DNA of 63,802 bases, counting the filler, from Perkinsus chesapeaki ATCC PRA-425 (Eukaryota; Protista; Perkinsozoa): assembly GCA_013115145.1 (NCBI GenBank). It is 7 parts of 7 records of this genome, joined end to end, with 100 filler letters (N's around TTAATTAATTAA, not from the genome) between each part and the next. Parts side by side here need not be neighbours in the genome. Positions count along the whole stretch, not along the records: positions 54,948 to 60,451 come from JAAPAO010001155.1; positions 60,552 to 62,395 come from JAAPAO010001761.1; positions 62,496 to 63,802 come from JAAPAO010002046.1; 4 more parts are not named here. One strand, written 5' to 3'. The notes under the pieces are model-generated. The model was not told where the DNA came from. It worked only from the letters and a program-made list of their open reading frames with translations, and made no database searches. Both the position numbers and the translations under genes were made by a program. Numbering within the stretch: position 1 is the first letter of the stretch; each line of letters opens with the position of its first letter. This document shows, piece by piece, positions 60,416 to 63,802 of this stretch.

Positions 60416-61055
60416 CAGAAGGGAGTAACCAAAAGATTAGTTCCTCGAAAANNNNNNNNNNNNNNNNNNNNNNNNNNNNNNNNNNNNNNNNNNNNTTAAT
60501 TAATTAANNNNNNNNNNNNNNNNNNNNNNNNNNNNNNNNNNNNNNNNNNNNCTCAGTGAAGGCTATGAATGGATAATCACATTATCCTCCCTGACAGTTG
60601 AGCTCAGGAGGTAATGTCTCCCCAAAACTCAATCCAACACTCCAATGCTCTTAGCCCGGTACTAAGTATCACTTCAATAAATCCGTGCTACTTAGGGGAA
60701 TACCCTAACTTCAGCTGGAACAAACGAATCAGTAACCTGGGCCAGAGCCTTCAATCCCTGCTAGCCAGGTTTGAAGTAGAACTCCTGATGAAGACGGGTC
60801 ATCGGCGCGGAGGTGGCGTCATACCCCGGTCCGGGTCCCGAACTCCAAGGGATTCTCCCGGACTCCGGGATCCCCAAAGTTTGGGGCCCAAACTGCCAGG
60901 TTATCACCCTATTTTACACATAACACTAACTAAGCTTATGCCACGTGTGATAGGCGCTCTATGACGGCACCTAGTGTGTGCACCACACCCTCCCAACTTC
61001 CGCGACGCAACACGGTCAAACGTTCGTCCGAAGCATGCATCGTGATCACACATTC

Positions 61056-62057
61056 TCATGATAATATCTTCTTAGCATGGTATCGACACCTCTTCTTTAA
61101 ACCTTCCTCCGAGTACTGTTCCCAAACTTGGGATTGCCACCCTCCCCCAAGTCGTATTTCAGCACCAGGTGTGTCTTTTGATGCCAACGCCGCGGCGCCC
61201 GAACGCCTTAGTGAGTGTTTTGTTACACTCGCGACGTTCCACTCACGGTACTGGGAGGGAAACTCGTACTTCAGAAAATCTCTAAAGACACGGGAAAATG
61301 TCGAAGACTTAAGGGCCGGGAACATATATCCCTTATTGATGCCCGCCTCACGGACCCTTCTAACCACCCAATGGGCCGGACACCACAGTTCCTCGCAAAA
61401 GGGCCCAAATTCGCATAACATTTCTCGCTCCTCGTAGAACCGCGTCTTGGTATTAAAGTACCGAGCCTTTACAAGAAGGCCCTCCGTACCATAATTGAAT
61501 GTAACATCTTCCACCCTCCAGGTCGCCACCTGGTCGAACCTCAACATATTGACACATCCTAGGAGGGCCCCAGACCGTATCTGGTCTTTCTCAGAGAGGA
61601 ATTGTAACTGCATTCCTTTCAGCGCCTGCAGACAACTATCCGGTAAGCACGATGCACGCTTTGGTGGGACGCGTTTCTCGCTCAGAATATTTTCTGCGGC
61701 CGACAGCGCTCTTGATACGGTAGCCTCGTCTTTTGGCGACAAAACCTCTCCAGTCCTAATGTGGGATACAGACTTCACAGCACTCACGTACTGTTTAATA
61801 GTCTGTGCTTTCACAGTTCCGGATACCATTAATCCTCGGGTGAAAGTCACTAAATTTTGGGCCGAAACTGCGTTACCTTCTTTGATTGGGCCAAAACCCT
61901 TTTCAAAGAAACTCACAGGTGTGCGATACTGGTTTTGTGTCGAATCCCTCAACGATTTCTCAATAAACTTCGAGTTCCTCTCCACCACCGCAGCCTGGGG
62001 CTGGCGCATCTCTCTGTCGAAGAAACTTCCGAGGAAAGCGGAGGTTGACTGAGCCAT
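61056..62057 (-). mobile_element. Tyrosine recombinase, intact and intronless (DIRS/Ngaro/Crypton-type)
   Basis: ATG 62057, 333 aa. N-terminal core-binding region (SLRDSTQNQY); catalytic set R (MLRFDQ), K (TKT), HxxR (HSLRR), W (GGW), Y (WEQY); CPAH motif. Confidence 0.92.
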
Positions 62058-62496
62058 CGTGGATTCACAAATAACTAAAGCTGTCACATCCCAGAACCTT
62101 TATTCGTACACTCAAAACGCCACATAAAGACCCACACAGAAACACCTCTATATGCCGCGTACACGGCGCAGCGAGCGTTGCCTCACCCGTGGTAAAAATC
62201 CATAATAACGATTCATTTACTAACTACGCAATCCGCTATCTTCGTGGGTGTCTCATCAAGAGCAATATAAACCCAGGCTCGGGGAATGTACTCCCGACAC
62301 TCCGACTTAGAGTGTCTACTCCAATAATCGGCTCCTTCATTCTCTATACCAGGAAGATGTTGTGCCGACAAGCGGGTACTCCAATCGTGGAGCCANNNNN
62401 NNNNNNNNNNNNNNNNNNNNNNNNNNNNNNNNNNNNNNNTTAATTAATTAANNNNNNNNNNNNNNNNNNNNNNNNNNNNNNNNNNNNNNNNNNNNT

Positions 62497-63802
62497 AAGT
62501 TATGGTGCTGCAATCGTATCCCTCAAGGATGGCGATACAGCCCTGTGTATTTTGCGAAGGTTATGGAAGTTTTCCTCGGGCGTGTGCGTTCTCGACTCGC
62601 TCGTGAAGGAGTGGTAGCTCATTTGATTAATTTTCAAGACGATGTTCTTGGTGGAGCACCTGATAGAGAGAACGCTATGGCCGCGGTCGATATTGTTGTG
62701 GAGGAAGCCAGGCAGTGCGGTTTCCACACTCGACGCGAGAAGTTCGAGATGGGTGATACGGTCTCGTTTTGTGGCCTGAAGCTTCGTGGTACTTTGGCTA
62801 TGCCCTCGGAGAGATCTCCTTTGACGGCCGCAGTGGTGGAGGAAGCTTTGCGTGATTTCGAAGACGCTAAGGACGAAGAAGGCAGACGTGGTATTGTCCG
62901 TCGATGGTGTGGAAAATTTCAGTGGTTGGCTAAGTGGTTGCCTGTGAGTCTCCAGGTCAGCCTTGCTCGACTTCATAAGGTAGACGTCAAGAGTTCTGAG
63001 GCATCCATGTTGATGAACGAGTTAGCCGAGGCGTATTTTGCTGGGCTTATCGCTCTCCATGTGCTGGGCTCTGATGCCGACTTCACCATTTTGGGCTCCA
63101 TCGTTGTGGCCGACTGCAATAAGGATGGCTGGGGCGCCGTGCTCTTTAATCTGATCGAGTACCCAACCGGTTCGAGCTTCTCGGAGACGACGGGCCTTGA
63201 GGGCTCGTGTGGAGATTGGCTTCGAAGTGCTGCTGTCTTAACGAAGGTTGCTTTAACGGAGCTTGGTGTCCGTCTGGCAGACGGACGGTCGGCGTGCGTT
63301 CTACCTATTTGTATCGGTGGTGGTTTACTCAGTGATCCTGATAAACGACGGAGCAGTACCTTCAAGGAGAGAAAGAGCCAGATCCTTGCTGTCAATAAGT
63401 TCTTGCCTTTGCTTCACTATCCTTGCTTGGTTGCCTCAGACAACAAGAACAGTACCCTTTGGTGGCATTGTTTCGAGGAGGAGTATGCGTCGACGGAAGA
63501 GGATTTCCGGCTTGCCATGACCTTTCAGCGAAATGTCACTAGGATTTGCTGGCTTCCTCGTGATTGTGTCTCTGTTGTTGACCGTTTGGCCAGGGTGCCA
63601 ACACTCCCAACTGACGCCGACGTTCCGCTAAAGGTTGAGAGTGATGATCCATTGAGAGCTCTTTTGTTTGTGCCTGGGATTGGTGACTTATGCCGAACTA
63701 TGCCTGGTGAGGACCCTGATGCTGCCGTGATGGCTGATGATGGGCTAGACTTCACTGTCGCTGATTTTACTGGTCATGATCTTTTAGATTTGGAAAAGGT
63801 CA
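62497..63802 (+). mobile_element. LTR-class (Ty3/Gypsy-like) RT-RNase H ORF, open at both ends
   Basis: Manual translation, ~435 codons without a stop: NRIPQGWRYSPVYF, INFQDDVL, VSFCGL, then RNase H VVADCNKDGWGAVL...ASDNKN...VVDRLAR. Not in the ORF track. Confidence 0.88.

Larger units (their letters stand above)
10557..62495. other. Seven assembly gaps: 10557-10656, 32880-32979, 49021-49120, 52779-52873, 54848-54947, 60452-60551, 62396-62495
   Basis: N runs; six contain the six-frame-stop linker TTAATTAATTAA. True gap sizes are unknown. Confidence 0.99.

Noticed and set aside
60961-63755. Antisense ORFs over the YR and RT
   Set aside because: Shadows of the long sense ORFs with no motifs of their own.
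1-63802. Spliced-leader RNA gene, rRNA, complete tRNA or CRISPR array
   Set aside because: By eye I found no ACCGTAGCCATC-type leader, rRNA-like block, full cloverleaf or repeat-spacer array.

Overview
Eukaryotic, intron-rich draft scaffold of 8 contigs joined by 7 N-gaps; six gaps carry the artificial TTAATTAATTAA linker. Short GT-AG introns (~40-60 nt), the gene families and the linker style suggest a Perkinsus-like alveolate (inference, not a database hit). Host genes: cathepsin B plus a disrupted paralogue, a TPS/TPP fusion, several tandem pairs of unknown genes, a Cys-rich/mucin-tailed secreted protein, an array of 7 intronless TM-RING-H2 genes, a secreted glycoprotein, cathepsin L, a TTL-like ligase and a multi-KH protein. 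Mobile DNA: a BEL/Pao-like gag-pol ORF, two DDE integrase remnants, a LINE RT-RNase H, a MULE transposase relic, a retropepsin relic, a 787-bp element with 111-bp inverted repeats, an intact tyrosine recombinase and a Gypsy-like RT-RNase H. Best leads: (1) an intact tyrosine recombinase followed by a PPT+TG signature and lying back-to-back, across a gap, with an LTR-type RT, echoing the divergent pol/integrase layout at the window start; (2) a TM-RING-H2 subfamily in which the E2-contacting Trp is Cys in 5 of 7 copies; (3) a window-wide excess of palindromes with a single central base. Exon boundaries were read by eye and are approximate.
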